Shown: one piece after another, positions 47,306 to 58,956 of the stretch | How positions within the stretch are numbered: the first letter of the stretch is position 1 | Layout of the letters: each line of letters begins with the position of its first letter | Assembly: GCA_964602915.1 (NCBI GenBank) | Contig: CAZRTB010000004.1 | Span: 84,149 to 148,148, forward strand | Length of the DNA: 64,000 nucleotides | Source of the DNA: an uncultured Gammaproteobacteria bacterium | GTDB lineage: Bacteria > Cyanobacteriota > Vampirovibrionia > 2-02-FULL-35-15 | Direction of reading: 5' to 3' | Notes under the pieces: model-generated | What the model was told of the DNA's origin: nothing | What the model saw: the letters and a program-made list of their open reading frames with translations, nothing else | Databases searched by the model: none | Made by a program: the position numbers and the translations under genes

Positions 47306-50300
47306 TTAAACATCTTTGATTTCTGAATCAGCTACATCTACCTGTTCAAAAATATCTTCATCTTTTTTCACTACCAAATTTTCTTCAACTAAAGTTTGAT
47401 CACTAAGTTCTGGAACAGCTCCTACTGGAACCAGATCCAAATCCTTAGAGTTCAACTCTTTTAATTCTTCATCTAAACCAATATCTTTGCTCGACAAAGA
47501 GATTTTTGGCTGAATTTTTCTTGATTCAGTTTCTTCTGTAGTTAAATCAACCTCATCTTCAGAACCATCTGCAAGTCTATTTAATACAGTAATATCCAGA
47601 CCAAGGGATTGGAGTTCTCTTACAAGAACTTTAAAGGATTCAGGAACTCCTGCTCTTGGAATATTTTCACCTTTTACGATAGCTTCATATGCACGGCTTC
47701 TTCCTGTTACATCATCTGACTTAACAGTTAACATTTCCTGAAGAATATAACCAGCACCATATGCTTCAAGTGCCCAACATTCCATCTCTCCAAGTCTTTG
47801 ACCACCAAACTGTGCTTTTCCGCCAAGAGGTTGTTGCGTAACTAAACTATAAGGTCCTGTGCTTCTTGCGTGAATCTTATCATCGACAAGATGTACAAGC
47901 TTCATCATGTAGATCTTACCTACAAGACAAGGATTATCAAATGCTTCACCTGTTCTACCATCATATAAAACAGACTTACCATTATCTTTGATCCAGTCGA
48001 TATTATTGTCTTTCTTTGCAGTAAGTAATTCATTTAAAACTAATTTTCTGCTTGCTTCAGGATCATACATTTCATCAAATGGTGGCACTTCATAGTGCTT
48101 ATTGTTTAACATTGAAACCAGTCCAAGCATTGTTTCATATGTTTGACCAATATTCATACGACTTGGTACACCTAGTGGATTTAATACAATGTCAACCGGT
48201 GTTCCATCAGGGAGAAACGGCATATCTTCTACAGGTAGAATTTTTGCAATAATACCTTTATTACCGTGTCTTCCTGCCATCTTATCTCCAACAGAGATTT
48301 TTCTTTTTTGGGCAATAAATACTCTTACAACCTTATTTGCTACTGGTGGTAGTTCATCACCCTTCTCACGGTCAAACACTCTAACATCAACTACTCTTCC
48401 ACCTTCACCATGAGGAACTCTTAGTGAATTATCTCTAACATCTCTTGCTTTTTCACCAAAGATTGCTCTAAGTAATCTTTCTTCTGGTGGATGATCAGAT
48501 TCACCTTTTGGTGTAATCTTACCTACAAGAACATCGTCAGCATATACTCTTGCACCAATTCTTACAATTCCATCCTCATCTAAATGCCTAAGTGACTCTT
48601 CAGACACATTTGGAATTTCTCTTGTAATTTCTTCAGGTCCAAGTTTTGTAGACCTTGCATCAATTTCCAACTTTTCAATATGAATAGAAGTGAATACATC
48701 TTCAATTACAAGCTTTTCACTTATGAGAATTGCATCTTCAAAGTTATATCCTTCAAATGGCATAAATGCTACAAGAATATTTTTTCCAAGAGCAAGCTCA
48801 CCCATTTCTGTTGCTGGACCGTCTGCTAAAACCTGACCAGGAATAATCTTGTCACCAGCTTTTAAAATTGGTTTTTGATTTAAACATGTATCTTGGTTAC
48901 TTCTAGAATATTTAATTAATTGATATTCTACTTCTCCATCATAAGAATCATATTTAACTCTGATTTTTTGTGAGCTTACATAAGTAATTTCACCAAAGTC
49001 CTGAGCAATAATTACCATTCCAGAATCTCTTGCAGTTTGTTTTTCAATTCCAGTTCCTACATAAGGTCTTTCAGTGTTAATAAGAGGAACTGATTGACGT
49101 TGCATGTTTGAACCCATAAGAGCACGGTTTGCATCGTCATGCTCAAGGAAAGGGATAAGTGCTGTTCCTACAGAAACGATCTGGATAGGACTTACACCTA
49201 CGAAATCAACTTCTTCAGGTGGTACCACGATAAACTCACTCTTATATCTAACTGGAACCATCTCTGCTTTAAATTTTCCATTTTCATCAATAGGTACATC
49301 TCCAGGAGCTACACGGAAATTGTCTTCTTCATCAGCAGATAAATACTGAACTTCATTAACAACAATTCCATCAATAACTTTTCTATAAGGAGTTTCAATA
49401 AATCCGTACTGATTAACACGAGCATGAGTAGCTAGTGAACCAATAAGACCTGCATTTGGACCTTCTGGAGTTTCAACAGGACAAATACGTCCATAATGAC
49501 TTGGATGAATATCACGAACTGCAAATCCTGCACGTTCTCTAGATAAACCACCAGGTCCTAATGCTGAAAGTCTTCTTTTATGAGTAAGCTCTGCAAGTGC
49601 ATTTGTCTGATCCATAAACTGACTTAATTGTGATGAACCAAAGAATTCACGAATAGCCGCAATTAGTGGTTTCGGATTTACAAGATTTGCAGGTGTTAAA
49701 GTATCTGCATCTTGCAATGTCATTCTTTCTTTAATTATTCTTTCAAGTCTGGATAAACCAACTCTAAATTGGTTTTGTAATAGTTCTCCAACTGATCTAA
49801 TTCTTCTATTTCCAAGATGGTCAATATCATCAAGCTGACCTTCATCATAGTGCAAGTTAATAAGGTAATCAATCGCCGCTACAATGTCATCCCTAGTTAA
49901 TACTCTTGTCTCTTCAGGTACAGATAGACTAAGTTTTTTATTTAATTTATAACGTCCAACTTTTCCAAGATTATATCTTTTATCATCAAAAAATCTTGAT
50001 TCTAAAATCTGACGTCCACCTTCAACACTGGTAGGATCACCAGGTCTTAGTTTTTTATATACTTCAATTAATGCTTGTTCTCTATTGTCTGCTGGATCTT
50101 TCTCTAAAGTCTTTTGAAGAAAGTCAAAATGGTGAAACATTGTTTCCATTTCAGATACAGTATATCCAAGAGCTTTTAATAATGTTGTTGCATAGAGCTT
50201 TCTGTTTTTATCAATTTTCACATGGAGAATATCATTATTATCAGATTCTAATTTTAACCATGCACCTCTATTTGGAATGAGGGTAGCATTAAAAGTTCTT

Positions 50301-50773
50301 TTTCCATTTATATCAACATCACGCTTATAGTAAATCCCTGGTGATCTTACAATCTGAGAAACTACAACTCTTTCTGCTCCATTTACAATGAAGGTCCCTC
50401 GATCTGTCATCATAGGGATTTCACCAACAAACATTTTATTTTCTTTTATTTCACCTGTGTCACGATTAACAAGGCGCATTTGAATGTATAACTTTTTTGT
50501 ATAGCTTTGATCTTTATCACGTGCTTCTTGAGGAGTTTTTGCTTTATTTGATTCAGTATGATCTTCAAAAGAATAATTATCATGTAAAAAATAAAGCTCT
50601 AATCGGCCCGTATAATCTCTAATCGGTGAGAATGACTTTAACTCTTCTGATAGTCCCTCCCTTAAAAACCACTCAAATGAAGCTTTTTGAATCTCTGCAA
50701 GGTCTGGAAGGACAGCAGTCCTTTGGCCAGCCTTTGCGTATGGTTGGAAACGCTCAGGCATTTTAATAGTCAT
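47306..50773 (-). CDS. rpoB: RNA polymerase beta subunit
   Basis: [48 protein letters not shown]. Confidence 0.99.
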   Translation of the reverse strand: MTIKMPERFQPYAKAGQRTAVLPDLAEIQKASFEWFLREGLSEELKSFSPIRDYTGRLELYFLHDNYSFEDHTESNKAKTPQEARDKDQSYTKKLYIQMRLVNRDTGEIKENKMFVGEIPMMTDRGTFIVNGAERVVVSQIVRSPGIYYKRDVDINGKRTFNATLIPNRGAWLKLESDNNDILHVKIDKNRKLYATTLLKALGYTVSEMETMFHHFDFLQKTLEKDPADNREQALIEVYKKLRPGDPTSVEGGRQILESRFFDDKRYNLGKVGRYKLNKKLSLSVPEETRVLTRDDIVAAIDYLINLHYDEGQLDDIDHLGNRRIRSVGELLQNQFRVGLSRLERIIKERMTLQDADTLTPANLVNPKPLIAAIREFFGSSQLSQFMDQTNALAELTHKRRLSALGPGGLSRERAGFAVRDIHPSHYGRICPVETPEGPNAGLIGSLATHARVNQYGFIETPYRKVIDGIVVNEVQYLSADEEDNFRVAPGDVPIDENGKFKAEMVPVRYKSEFIVVPPEEVDFVGVSPIQIVSVGTALIPFLEHDDANRALMGSNMQRQSVPLINTERPYVGTGIEKQTARDSGMVIIAQDFGEITYVSSQKIRVKYDSYDGEVEYQLIKYSRSNQDTCLNQKPILKAGDKIIPGQVLADGPATEMGELALGKNILVAFMPFEGYNFEDAILISEKLVIEDVFTSIHIEKLEIDARSTKLGPEEITREIPNVSEESLRHLDEDGIVRIGARVYADDVLVGKITPKGESDHPPEERLLRAIFGEKARDVRDNSLRVPHGEGGRVVDVRVFDREKGDELPPVANKVVRVFIAQKRKISVGDKMAGRHGNKGIIAKILPVEDMPFLPDGTPVDIVLNPLGVPSRMNIGQTYETMLGLVSMLNNKHYEVPPFDEMYDPEASRKLVLNELLTAKKDNNIDWIKDNGKSVLYDGRTGEAFDNPCLVGKIYMMKLVHLVDDKIHARSTGPYSLVTQQPLGGKAQFGGQRLGEMECWALEAYGAGYILQEMLTVKSDDVTGRSRAYEAIVKGENIPRAGVPESFKVLVRELQSLGLDITVLNRLADGSEDEVDLTTEETESRKIQPKISLSSKDIGLDEELKELNSKDLDLVPVGAVPELSDQTLVEENLVVKKDEDIFEQVDVADSEIKDV

Positions 50774-50987
50774 TTACTACCTCAATATACTTTTATTTAA
50801 AACCAATTTATTTCTTCTTTGATAAAAACAATAAACAGGGTAAAATTATATTTATTTCTTAACCTAAAGTCAACGTGTATATAAAACAAAAATGTACAAC
50901 TTTTTTATTTTAGTTGTATTACTTTCTATATTTTAATAGTCAATTTGTATTTTCACAATACCAGACTTTTCAGCCTGATTGGTATAT

Positions 50988-51016
50988 AGGATATATCTGC
51001 ATAGCTAGTTTGTCAA
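50988..51016 (-). promoter_or_regulatory. Sigma70-type promoter for rpoB operon
   Basis: Minus strand TTGACA-17 nt-TATCCT about 215 nt upstream of rpoB. Confidence 0.7.
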
Positions 51017-51131
51017 GTAAGGATTTTAAATTGTTTTTGAGAAATAATATTTAATCTTTTAATTGGTGACTTTTAAAATACTGTATTGTAAGATATTTCT
51101 AATAGTATACATATTAAAACAAGGAGGTTTT

Positions 51132-51320
51132 ATGAGTTTTAGGATTATTCCAGCTGGATATAAAGTGTTACATACTTCACCTGTTCATTATAACCGTGAA
51201 CAAGATACACAGGCTGATATAGATGCAGATGATGCAAACGGGTGGAATGATCCTGGTGCTCCTGCATCAGATAGCTATGGTACTAGTTATTCAGACCCTG
51301 GACCAAGGACTACTAATTAG
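51132..51320 (+). CDS. Small acidic hypothetical protein (62 aa)
   Basis: Strong AAGGAGG SD immediately before ATG at 51132. Confidence 0.7.
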   Translation: MSFRIIPAGYKVLHTSPVHYNREQDTQADIDADDANGWNDPGAPASDSYGTSYSDPGPRTTN

Positions 51321-51414
51321 AAAGCTGAAACTTCCTTCTTTTATTTTCTATTCGTTTTGCCGGATTTGCCCAATAAATGAGACAAATCCTTTTATCTACA
51401 AGTTAGTTATAAAT

Positions 51415-51497
51415 TGCCGGTGAAGGGACTTGAACCCCCAAGGGCTTGCGCCCGGATGATTTTGAGTCAACTACGTTTGCCATTTCGTCACACCGGC
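51415..51497 (-). tRNA. tRNA-Leu(CAA), long variable arm, CCA not encoded
   Basis: Acceptor GCCGGTG/CACCGGC+A; anticodon loop CTCAAAA; variable arm GGGC-GCAA-GCCC; T loop TTCAAGT; one U-U mismatch in anticodon stem. Confidence 0.95.
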
Positions 51498-51573
51498 TAA
51501 CAAATATTAATTATAAACTACTAATGGTTTCTAATTAAGCGAGGTTTGTCCAATTTACTTGGCAAACCGAGCC

Positions 51574-51634
51574 GTCTATACAAAGATGCTTCGAGGAGCT
51601 ACGTCACCGCAGAAGCATCGGTAATAAATTAATT
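51574..51634. repeat. Palindromic 61-bp element, copy A
   Basis: About 56/61 identical to 52121-52181; GATGCTTC...GAAGCATC inverted repeat. Confidence 0.85.
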
Positions 51635-51668
51635 GAGTCAACTGCGTTTGCCATTTCGTCACATCGGC
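51633..51668 (-). pseudogene. Duplicated 5' half of tRNA-Leu(CAA), ending at the anticodon
   Basis: 34/36 identity to 51462-51497. Confidence 0.9.
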
Positions 51669-51673
51669 AGGGA

Positions 51674-52024
51674 TCAATCTTTAATTCTAGCAGGATCCTT
51701 GATATAAAAAATAGATATGGCAAAAATATATGAACAGTAAAAAATCAATAAATCTAATCCTTTTAATATGAAATAACTTGCTAATCCAAATCCTACAATA
51801 TAAAGAATCATTAGCATATCACCAACTACTTTAAAAACACGACTCAATGATTTAGTACTTCTTAAAAAGATAACAAAAGCTGAAATATATATCGATCCTA
51901 TAATAAAAGAAAGAGATTGTTCACTAAAGAATTTACATGAAGAGATTCCAAACACTAAAAGATAAGTAAAAACTATTATTGAAATTAATGGTTGACTTAA
52001 TAAAATACTTTTCTTTTTAGACAT
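51674..52024 (-). CDS. Small integral membrane protein (about 4 TM)
   Basis: Four hydrophobic segments. Confidence 0.65.
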   Translation of the reverse strand: MSKKKSILLSQPLISIIVFTYLLVFGISSCKFFSEQSLSFIIGSIYISAFVIFLRSTKSLSRVFKVVGDMLMILYIVGFGLASYFILKGLDLLIFYCSYIFAISIFYIKDPARIKD

Positions 52025-52120
52025 AAACTAAATATTAATATAGAAATAACTGAATACCTGAACGTAATGAAAAAATTGTTACGAATTAATTAAATTAATA
52101 GCCCTTTAATTAATCAAGCG

Positions 52121-52181
52121 GTCTCTTCAAAGATGCTTCGAGGAGCCACGTCACCGCAGAAGCATCTGCAATAAATTAATT
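52121..52181. repeat. Palindromic 61-bp element, copy B (overlaps htrA stop)
   Basis: About 56/61 identical to 51574-51634. Confidence 0.85.
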
Positions 52182-53222
52182 TGACTGAGTTTTTCCTAAA
52201 ACTACTGGTACAGATATTTTCAAACCTTTTCTAACAATCCCTAGATTTACAGTAACACCAGGATGTTTTGACTCTACGTAATCAAGTAATTCATCAAATG
52301 CGTTGACAGGTTTCCCATCGATACTTATTATTAAATCTGCTTGAGATCTATCTATTGCTCTGTATTCTATAGGACCAGATTTCTGAATAACAAGTTTTGG
52401 ACCTTGAAGTCTTGCTTTATACGCTGGTCCATTTTGCTCGAGCTGTGCGACTAATAATCCTTTCCCTGTTTCATAGACTTGCAATATTCCAATATTAGCT
52501 CTAACTACATGACCATAAGATATTAAATCCTTTACTATACTTTTTACTATATTTATAGGGATTGCAAAACCAATACCAGAGCTTTGACCAACCTTACTAA
52601 TAATTGCTGTATTCACTCCAATTACACTACCAAGACTATTTAAAAGTGGACCACCAGAATTCCCTGGATTAATAGCGGCATCAGTTTGAATAATTCCTTT
52701 TACCATCCTTCCACTTTCAGTTCTTAAAGATCTACCAAGACTACTAACAATTCCCGTAGTAAGAGTTCTATCTAATCCAAAGGGGTTTCCAATCGCTAAA
52801 ACTTTCTGACCAACTCTCAATCCTTGACTAGTTCCTAAAGTGCATGGGTATAGCTTTTCAGGAGATGCCATAATTTGAAGGATAGCAATGTCATTATTTG
52901 GATCTGCACCTACTAGCTTTGTGTAATACTGCTGACCATCATATAAAGTAGTAATTAATTCTCTTGCATTCTCTACTACATGATAGTTTGTAATTATGTG
53001 TCCCTCTTTATCAAAGATAAAACCAGATCCGCTTCCTTCTGTGGGGTAGACAAGAAAAAATGATTCATCAAACTGAACACCACGAGTAGTAATATTTACG
53101 ACACATTTATTTGCTTTCTCATAAATAGAGATATTATTTTTTTCGTCTTCTAAGAGAAACCGGTCTTGTGCATACAAAGGACTATAAAGAATCGACATTA
53201 GAAGTAAAAATAAAGTCAACAT
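52176..53222 (-). CDS. HtrA/DegS-like trypsin protease with PDZ domain
   Basis: GSGSGF, TNYHV, DIAIL, QTDAAINPGNSGGPL; ATG at 53222 gives a signal peptide, the track's upstream extension lies in a repeat. Confidence 0.9.
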   Translation of the reverse strand: MLTLFLLLMSILYSPLYAQDRFLLEDEKNNISIYEKANKCVVNITTRGVQFDESFFLVYPTEGSGSGFIFDKEGHIITNYHVVENARELITTLYDGQQYYTKLVGADPNNDIAILQIMASPEKLYPCTLGTSQGLRVGQKVLAIGNPFGLDRTLTTGIVSSLGRSLRTESGRMVKGIIQTDAAINPGNSGGPLLNSLGSVIGVNTAIISKVGQSSGIGFAIPINIVKSIVKDLISYGHVVRANIGILQVYETGKGLLVAQLEQNGPAYKARLQGPKLVIQKSGPIEYRAIDRSQADLIISIDGKPVNAFDELLDYVESKHPGVTVNLGIVRKGLKISVPVVLGKTQSN

Positions 53223-53269
53223 AAGTCCACTAGTAAAGACGCCACTCCGTGGGATCTCAACCCTAAACA

Positions 53270-53366
53270 CATCATTGCAAAACATGAAATGCCGTGGCAA
53301 CCTCATAAACGTATTTAAGAATTCAATAACTAGATTGCTTCGTCGCATACGCTCCTCGCAATGACG
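53270..53366. repeat. RPE/REP-like palindromic element, copy 1
   Basis: CATCATTGC...TGGCAA...TTAAGAATTC...CTAGATTGC...GCTCCTCGCAATGACG; homologous to 58853-58946. Confidence 0.85.
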
Positions 53367-53372
53367 TATAGC

Positions 53373-54689
<1,317 letters not shown>

Positions 54690-55334
54690 TTATATATTAA
54701 AGATCCTATCGCCAGCATCACCTAGACCAGGGACGATATATCCTTTTGAATTCAATGACTCATCAATACAACCAACAAAAAAATTCACTTTTGGAAATTT
54801 AGATTCAAGAGTTTTCACAGTACTTTTTGCAATAAGTGCACTGATTACATTTATATTACTAACACCTAAGGTTTGTAATCTTTCTAAAACTGTAGTAATT
54901 GTTCCACCAGTTGCTAGCATTGGTTCAAGTATAAAAAACACTGAATGCTTACTAGCTTTTTTAGGGAGTTTATCTAAATACCAAACTGGCTGTAAGGTTA
55001 ATTCATTTCTATATAACCCTACGTGAGCAATTTTTGCTTCTGGCACTATATTTTTAATGCCAGAAAGCATTCCTAACCCTGCTCTTAAAATTGGAACGAC
55101 ATAAATATCTTTCTGATCCATTAAAACTGCTTGTGTTTTTTTTAGAGGGGTTTTAATGGATTTTTTATGTGTAAGTTTTTTTGATTTTATCTTTGCATGA
55201 TTTACAGCTTCTGAAAATAGAATTACTCCAATATTTTCTAAAGCCGTTCTAAACTGAACTGAAGGTGTATCCTTATCCCTTGCTATATTAAGCCAGTGTA
55301 CTGCAAGAATATTTTCTGTTTCTTTTACTGCCAT
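54690..55334 (-). CDS. upp: Uracil phosphoribosyltransferase
   Basis: PILRAGLGM, EPMLATGGT, GYIVPGLGDAGDR. Confidence 0.93.
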   Translation of the reverse strand: MAVKETENILAVHWLNIARDKDTPSVQFRTALENIGVILFSEAVNHAKIKSKKLTHKKSIKTPLKKTQAVLMDQKDIYVVPILRAGLGMLSGIKNIVPEAKIAHVGLYRNELTLQPVWYLDKLPKKASKHSVFFILEPMLATGGTITTVLERLQTLGVSNINVISALIAKSTVKTLESKFPKVNFFVGCIDESLNSKGYIVPGLGDAGDRIFNI

Positions 55335-55607
55335 ATGGTTTTTATATCAAATAAACCTTACAATTTTAACCTTAGTAGAAAACACATTTTAAGCCCTTAA
55401 CCTAGGTTATAACTTTAGAACATTTATTCTATCGCAAAACAAGAATAACTTAATTCTTTATTTTTGTTTCATATTTATTATTTACTTAGTCTTGAATTTG
55501 AAACTCGTCTTATGTAATAATAAGAATATATTAAAGGGTTATTAAAATTCCTTTAAGTATTTAATATAATATTCAAGTAAATCATTTAAGGAAAGAGAGA
55601 AATACAA

Positions 55608-56279
55608 ATGGCAACTACAGCAGCAGCAATAGCTCCAGGCTCTCTAGTACCAAAAGCTATTGGTAAAAGGATATCGGGAGAATTTGACAAGTTAGGCAAA
55701 TTTCTTGAAGAAACTAAAGAATTAGCTACCTCTCCTATAAATAGTCTTAAAATATCATCAGATCAAAGAACTGCTCTTAGAGTTAGACTTGGCAGTGAGC
55801 TAAATGTTCATGATGGAAAGTCAGCATTAAAATTAGATGCCGCGCAAATAAAAAAAGGGCTTTCTCAAGATAAAACTTTAAGTAAAGAAGAAAAGGCATT
55901 TTTAAATGCTTTAGAAAATGTCTGTAAAAGTGTAGGTGAAATAGAAGAACTTTTGGTAAAAGGAAAAACATCTTACGCTTCTGCTTTTAAACTAAAAAAA
56001 GTAGATCAACTTGTTAGATCATGCCTAGCTATATCAGAAAGACCTTGTTTTGGAGTAGACACTAATTTTGCTTTACAGTACATTGATAAACTAGAAAAAT
56101 TAAAGGAAAAATTGCCTGAAGTGTCTGCTGCTTTAAGTAAAAATGCACAAAGAATACAAACAGCTAAATCTAAGAGTTTAGCATCTCCATTCAGAGAAGC
56201 AACTAACGAAGGTGCTTCTGGTGCTGACGGTTTGCCAAACAGACCAACTCCTAACCAGCTAGCTACACAAAACAATTAA
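55608..56279 (+). CDS. Hypothetical helical protein (223 aa)
   Basis: ORF with AAGGA SD; no signal peptide. Confidence 0.8.
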   Translation: MATTAAAIAPGSLVPKAIGKRISGEFDKLGKFLEETKELATSPINSLKISSDQRTALRVRLGSELNVHDGKSALKLDAAQIKKGLSQDKTLSKEEKAFLNALENVCKSVGEIEELLVKGKTSYASAFKLKKVDQLVRSCLAISERPCFGVDTNFALQYIDKLEKLKEKLPEVSAALSKNAQRIQTAKSKSLASPFREATNEGASGADGLPNRPTPNQLATQNN

Positions 56280-56299
56280 CAAACAAACCTAATCTTCCT

Positions 56300-56330
56300 A
56301 AACCCCTCTAATCAAACGGAGGGTTTTTTA
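56300..56330. terminator. Probable bidirectional intrinsic terminator
   Basis: AAACCCCTC...GAGGGTTTTTT between convergent genes. Confidence 0.55.
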
Positions 56331-56663
56331 TTTATTAGCATTAACAAGAGCAAATTGAAAAAAGTATTTTTGGAAATATTCAAGTGGGGTACTATATTCT
56401 TCCCCCCCTAAAAAAGAATCGCACAGAACTTCCCTAATCCTACATAGCTCTCTCAGTTTAGGTCCATGCCACCTTTTATCAGAGATAGTTAAATCTAGTA
56501 AGTCTAGTGCTCGATAAAAAGAATTTTCAGCATATTTTTCATTGTTCTTCTTTCGCCATGAAATCACCCTGTCTACTTCACTGCCGACATTAGCCAGCTG
56601 CCATGCCAATGTCATTTCAAACCATTTCCCGGAAGCCATTTCTTTATGTATAAAATCACTCAT
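56328..56663 (-). CDS. Conserved-looking helical hypothetical protein, partner of DUF5674
   Basis: W..MTL..QLANVGSEV.R..., ELCRIREVLCD pattern; 8-nt overlap with upstream gene. Confidence 0.8.
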   Translation of the reverse strand: MSDFIHKEMASGKWFEMTLAWQLANVGSEVDRVISWRKKNNEKYAENSFYRALDLLDLTISDKRWHGPKLRELCRIREVLCDSFLGGEEYSTPLEYFQKYFFQFALVNANK

Positions 56664-57006
56664 AAATTAAGTTATTCACAATGTCAACAATCTTAGATTT
56701 GACATTAACATCCTCAATATTTCTTGATTTATTGTTTTGCCTTGGTCTTATATTTATTACTGAATCATACTCTAGACGGGAATCTTTATCTAACTCTACA
56801 TAAATATTTATTCCCCAAAGGTTATCCTGAATAGACCCCTTCTCTAATAAAAATTCTTCTTCATCTGCATGCATCTCTCCACCAATAGCCATAATCTTTT
56901 TTTCTACATCTACAACCACTTTCACCATATCACCATATCTTTTACTGGCTATTTCTTTCAAATCAGAAATGCTTATTTTATTTTCCACTAAAATTATTTC
57001 ATTCAT
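56656..57006 (-). CDS. DUF5674-like protein
   Basis: KVVVDVEK..MAIGGEMHAD.E..LL..GS.Q.NLWG.N...INIRPRQNN motif recalled for DUF5674. Confidence 0.75.
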   Translation of the reverse strand: MNEIILVENKISISDLKEIASKRYGDMVKVVVDVEKKIMAIGGEMHADEEEFLLEKGSIQDNLWGINIYVELDKDSRLEYDSVINIRPRQNNKSRNIEDVNVKSKIVDIVNNLIYE

Positions 57007-57036
57007 TCTTCTTCGATTTTACCCCTTAATAAAACA

Positions 57037-57065
57037 AAGAGCCATCGCTATTAACGATGGCTCTT
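57037..57065 (-). terminator. Intrinsic terminator of the 5S rRNA unit
   Basis: Perfect 11-bp stem AAGAGCCATCG/CGATGGCTCTT, 7-nt loop, followed by TGTTTTATT on the minus strand. Confidence 0.85.
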
Positions 57066-57071
57066 CAAAAA

Positions 57072-57188
57072 CCCTGGCATCGGGCTATCTTCTCAAGACG
57101 TTCCCGTCTAAATATTGTCGCTGCTGACTGTCTTTACCGTCGTGTTCGGAATGGGAACGGGTGTGATCCAGTCGCATAAACACCAAGA
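57072..57188 (-). rRNA. rrf: 5S rRNA (stand-alone)
   Basis: TCTTGGTG...CACCCGTTCCCATTCCGAACACG...GATGCCAGGG; helix I pairing and conserved CCGAAC loop C. Confidence 0.95.
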
Positions 57189-57194
57189 TTAAAT

Positions 57195-57223
57195 ATTATA
57201 TACTAAGGCTCTCCAGATTGCAA
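57195..57223 (-). promoter_or_regulatory. Sigma70 promoter of the 5S gene
   Basis: Minus strand TTGCAA-17 nt-TATAAT, ending 6 nt before the predicted 5S 5' end. Confidence 0.85.
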
Positions 57224-57339
57224 TATATAAATGGTAATATGCAAATACTTTTGATAAGACCCTCTGTAAAGACGCCCAAACAGAGCATCTCAACTATACT
57301 ACTACCAAGTTACAATTTTTATGACGAAAGGGAAGTGAA

Positions 57340-58845
57340 ATGAAAATAGAAGTAAAGAATCAAAAATTAGAGAGCTCAAAATGTGATGTATTAATTGTTA
57401 ATCTTTTTGAAGGAATTACAAACCCTGGTGGTGGAACCGGTGCAGTAGACTTAGCACTAGATGGACTTATTAAAAAATTAATTAAAGAAGAAGATTTTAA
57501 GGGGAAACTAGGAAGCACCTTAGTAATTAGAACAAATGATGAAATCCCAGCCAAAAAAGTAATCGTAGTAGGACTTGGTAAAAAAGAAAAATTTGATATT
57601 ACTTCGGTCAGAAAAGCTATTTCATCTTCACTAAAGTGTGCAAAAAGAGAAAAAGCAAAAACGATTTGTAGTATTCTTCATGGCGCTGGAATTGGAAGAC
57701 TTGAAACATATGAAACAGCTCAAGCATTTGGAGAAGTAGGAAATCTTTGCTTATATAGTTTTGATAAATATAAATCAAAAGATAAAGATGAATCAAAAAA
57801 AGAGATTCAGACAATAACAATTATTGAAAGTGATAAAAGTAAAATAAAAGATATAACAGCAGGTCTAAAAAAAGGATCCTTAATAGCAAAAGCTCAGATC
57901 CTTGCTCGCGATTTAGTATCAGAGCCTGCACTTTCAGCTACACCAACAAAACTAGCTAATGTCGCTCGCCAAGTAGCAAAAGAGAATAAGTTAAAAATAA
58001 AAGTGCTTGATAAAGAACAATGCAGAAAACTTGGAATGGGCGCATTTTTAGCAGTTGCTCAAGGAAGTGAAGAACCTCCAAAATTTATTGAAATAAAATA
58101 TACTCCAAAAGGGAAAGCTAAAAAACATGTAGCTATTATCGGCAAAGGAGTTACATTTGACTCTGGGGGGTTATCACTAAAACCTGCAGGTTCAATGGAA
58201 ACAATGAAAGATGATATGTCAGGCGCAGCCGCTGTCATCGCTACAATGAGCACGATAAAAGAAATCCAACCAAAAGTAGCTGTAACCATGATAGTTGCCG
58301 CTACTGAAAATATGCCCAGTGGTACAGCGATAAGACCTGGTGATGTTGTTCGCGCAATGAATGGGAAAACGATTGAAATCCTAAATACTGATGCTGAAGG
58401 TCGTGTAACTTTAGCAGATGCAGTCTCATATGTGGTGAAACAAAAAGTTGATGAAATAATTGACCTTGCTACATTAACAGGTGCTTGTGTTGTTGCACTT
58501 GGTGATACAGCTTGCGGAGTAATGACAAACAACCAAAATCTTGCAGATAAAATAATTAAAGCCGGTAATGAAACTGGTGAGAGAATGTGGCAATTACCAC
58601 TCTTTGAAGAAGACAGAGAAAAGATCAAAAGTGATATTGCTGATATGATAAACACTGGCTCTAAAGGTAAATCAGGCGCTCAAAATGGAGCAGTCTTTAT
58701 AGAACAGTATGTTAATGACACACCATGGGTTCATATTGATATAGCTGGTCCTTCATGGATAGACAAAGAAAACGAATGGGGACCGAAAGGACCTACTGGA
58801 GTAGGTGTTAGAACATTGATTAATTACCTAACTAATTATGTATAA
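57340..58845 (+). CDS. pepA: Leucyl aminopeptidase (M17)
   Basis: GKGVTFDSGGLSLK, MKDDMSGAA, NTDAEGR, DLATLTGA, HIDIAG. Confidence 0.96.
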   Translation: MKIEVKNQKLESSKCDVLIVNLFEGITNPGGGTGAVDLALDGLIKKLIKEEDFKGKLGSTLVIRTNDEIPAKKVIVVGLGKKEKFDITSVRKAISSSLKCAKREKAKTICSILHGAGIGRLETYETAQAFGEVGNLCLYSFDKYKSKDKDESKKEIQTITIIESDKSKIKDITAGLKKGSLIAKAQILARDLVSEPALSATPTKLANVARQVAKENKLKIKVLDKEQCRKLGMGAFLAVAQGSEEPPKFIEIKYTPKGKAKKHVAIIGKGVTFDSGGLSLKPAGSMETMKDDMSGAAAVIATMSTIKEIQPKVAVTMIVAATENMPSGTAIRPGDVVRAMNGKTIEILNTDAEGRVTLADAVSYVVKQKVDEIIDLATLTGACVVALGDTACGVMTNNQNLADKIIKAGNETGERMWQLPLFEEDREKIKSDIADMINTGSKGKSGAQNGAVFIEQYVNDTPWVHIDIAGPSWIDKENEWGPKGPTGVGVRTLINYLTNYV

Positions 58846-58852
58846 CGGAGAA

Positions 58853-58946
58853 CGTCATTGCGCGCTGAATGAAATGAAGCATGGCAATCTAGCTAGCGAA
58901 TTAAGAATTCGATCACTAGATGCCACATTTGCTCCTCGCAATAACG
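58853..58946. repeat. RPE/REP-like palindromic element, copy 2
   Basis: CGTCATTGCG...TGGCAATCT...TTAAGAATTC...CTAGATGCC...GCTCCTCGCAATAACG. Confidence 0.85.
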
Positions 58947-58956
58947 TGTTAACACG

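Noticed and set aside
51568-51620. Group II intron domain V or group I intron remnant at the tRNA-Leu anticodon
   Set aside because: Only GAGCCGT matches domain V; no catalytic-core elements and no 3' tRNA exon follow
53223-53348. 42-aa N-terminal extension of HtrA in the ORF track
   Set aside because: It originates inside a palindromic repeat; ATG at 53222 yields a normal signal peptide (kept only as a possibility in findings)
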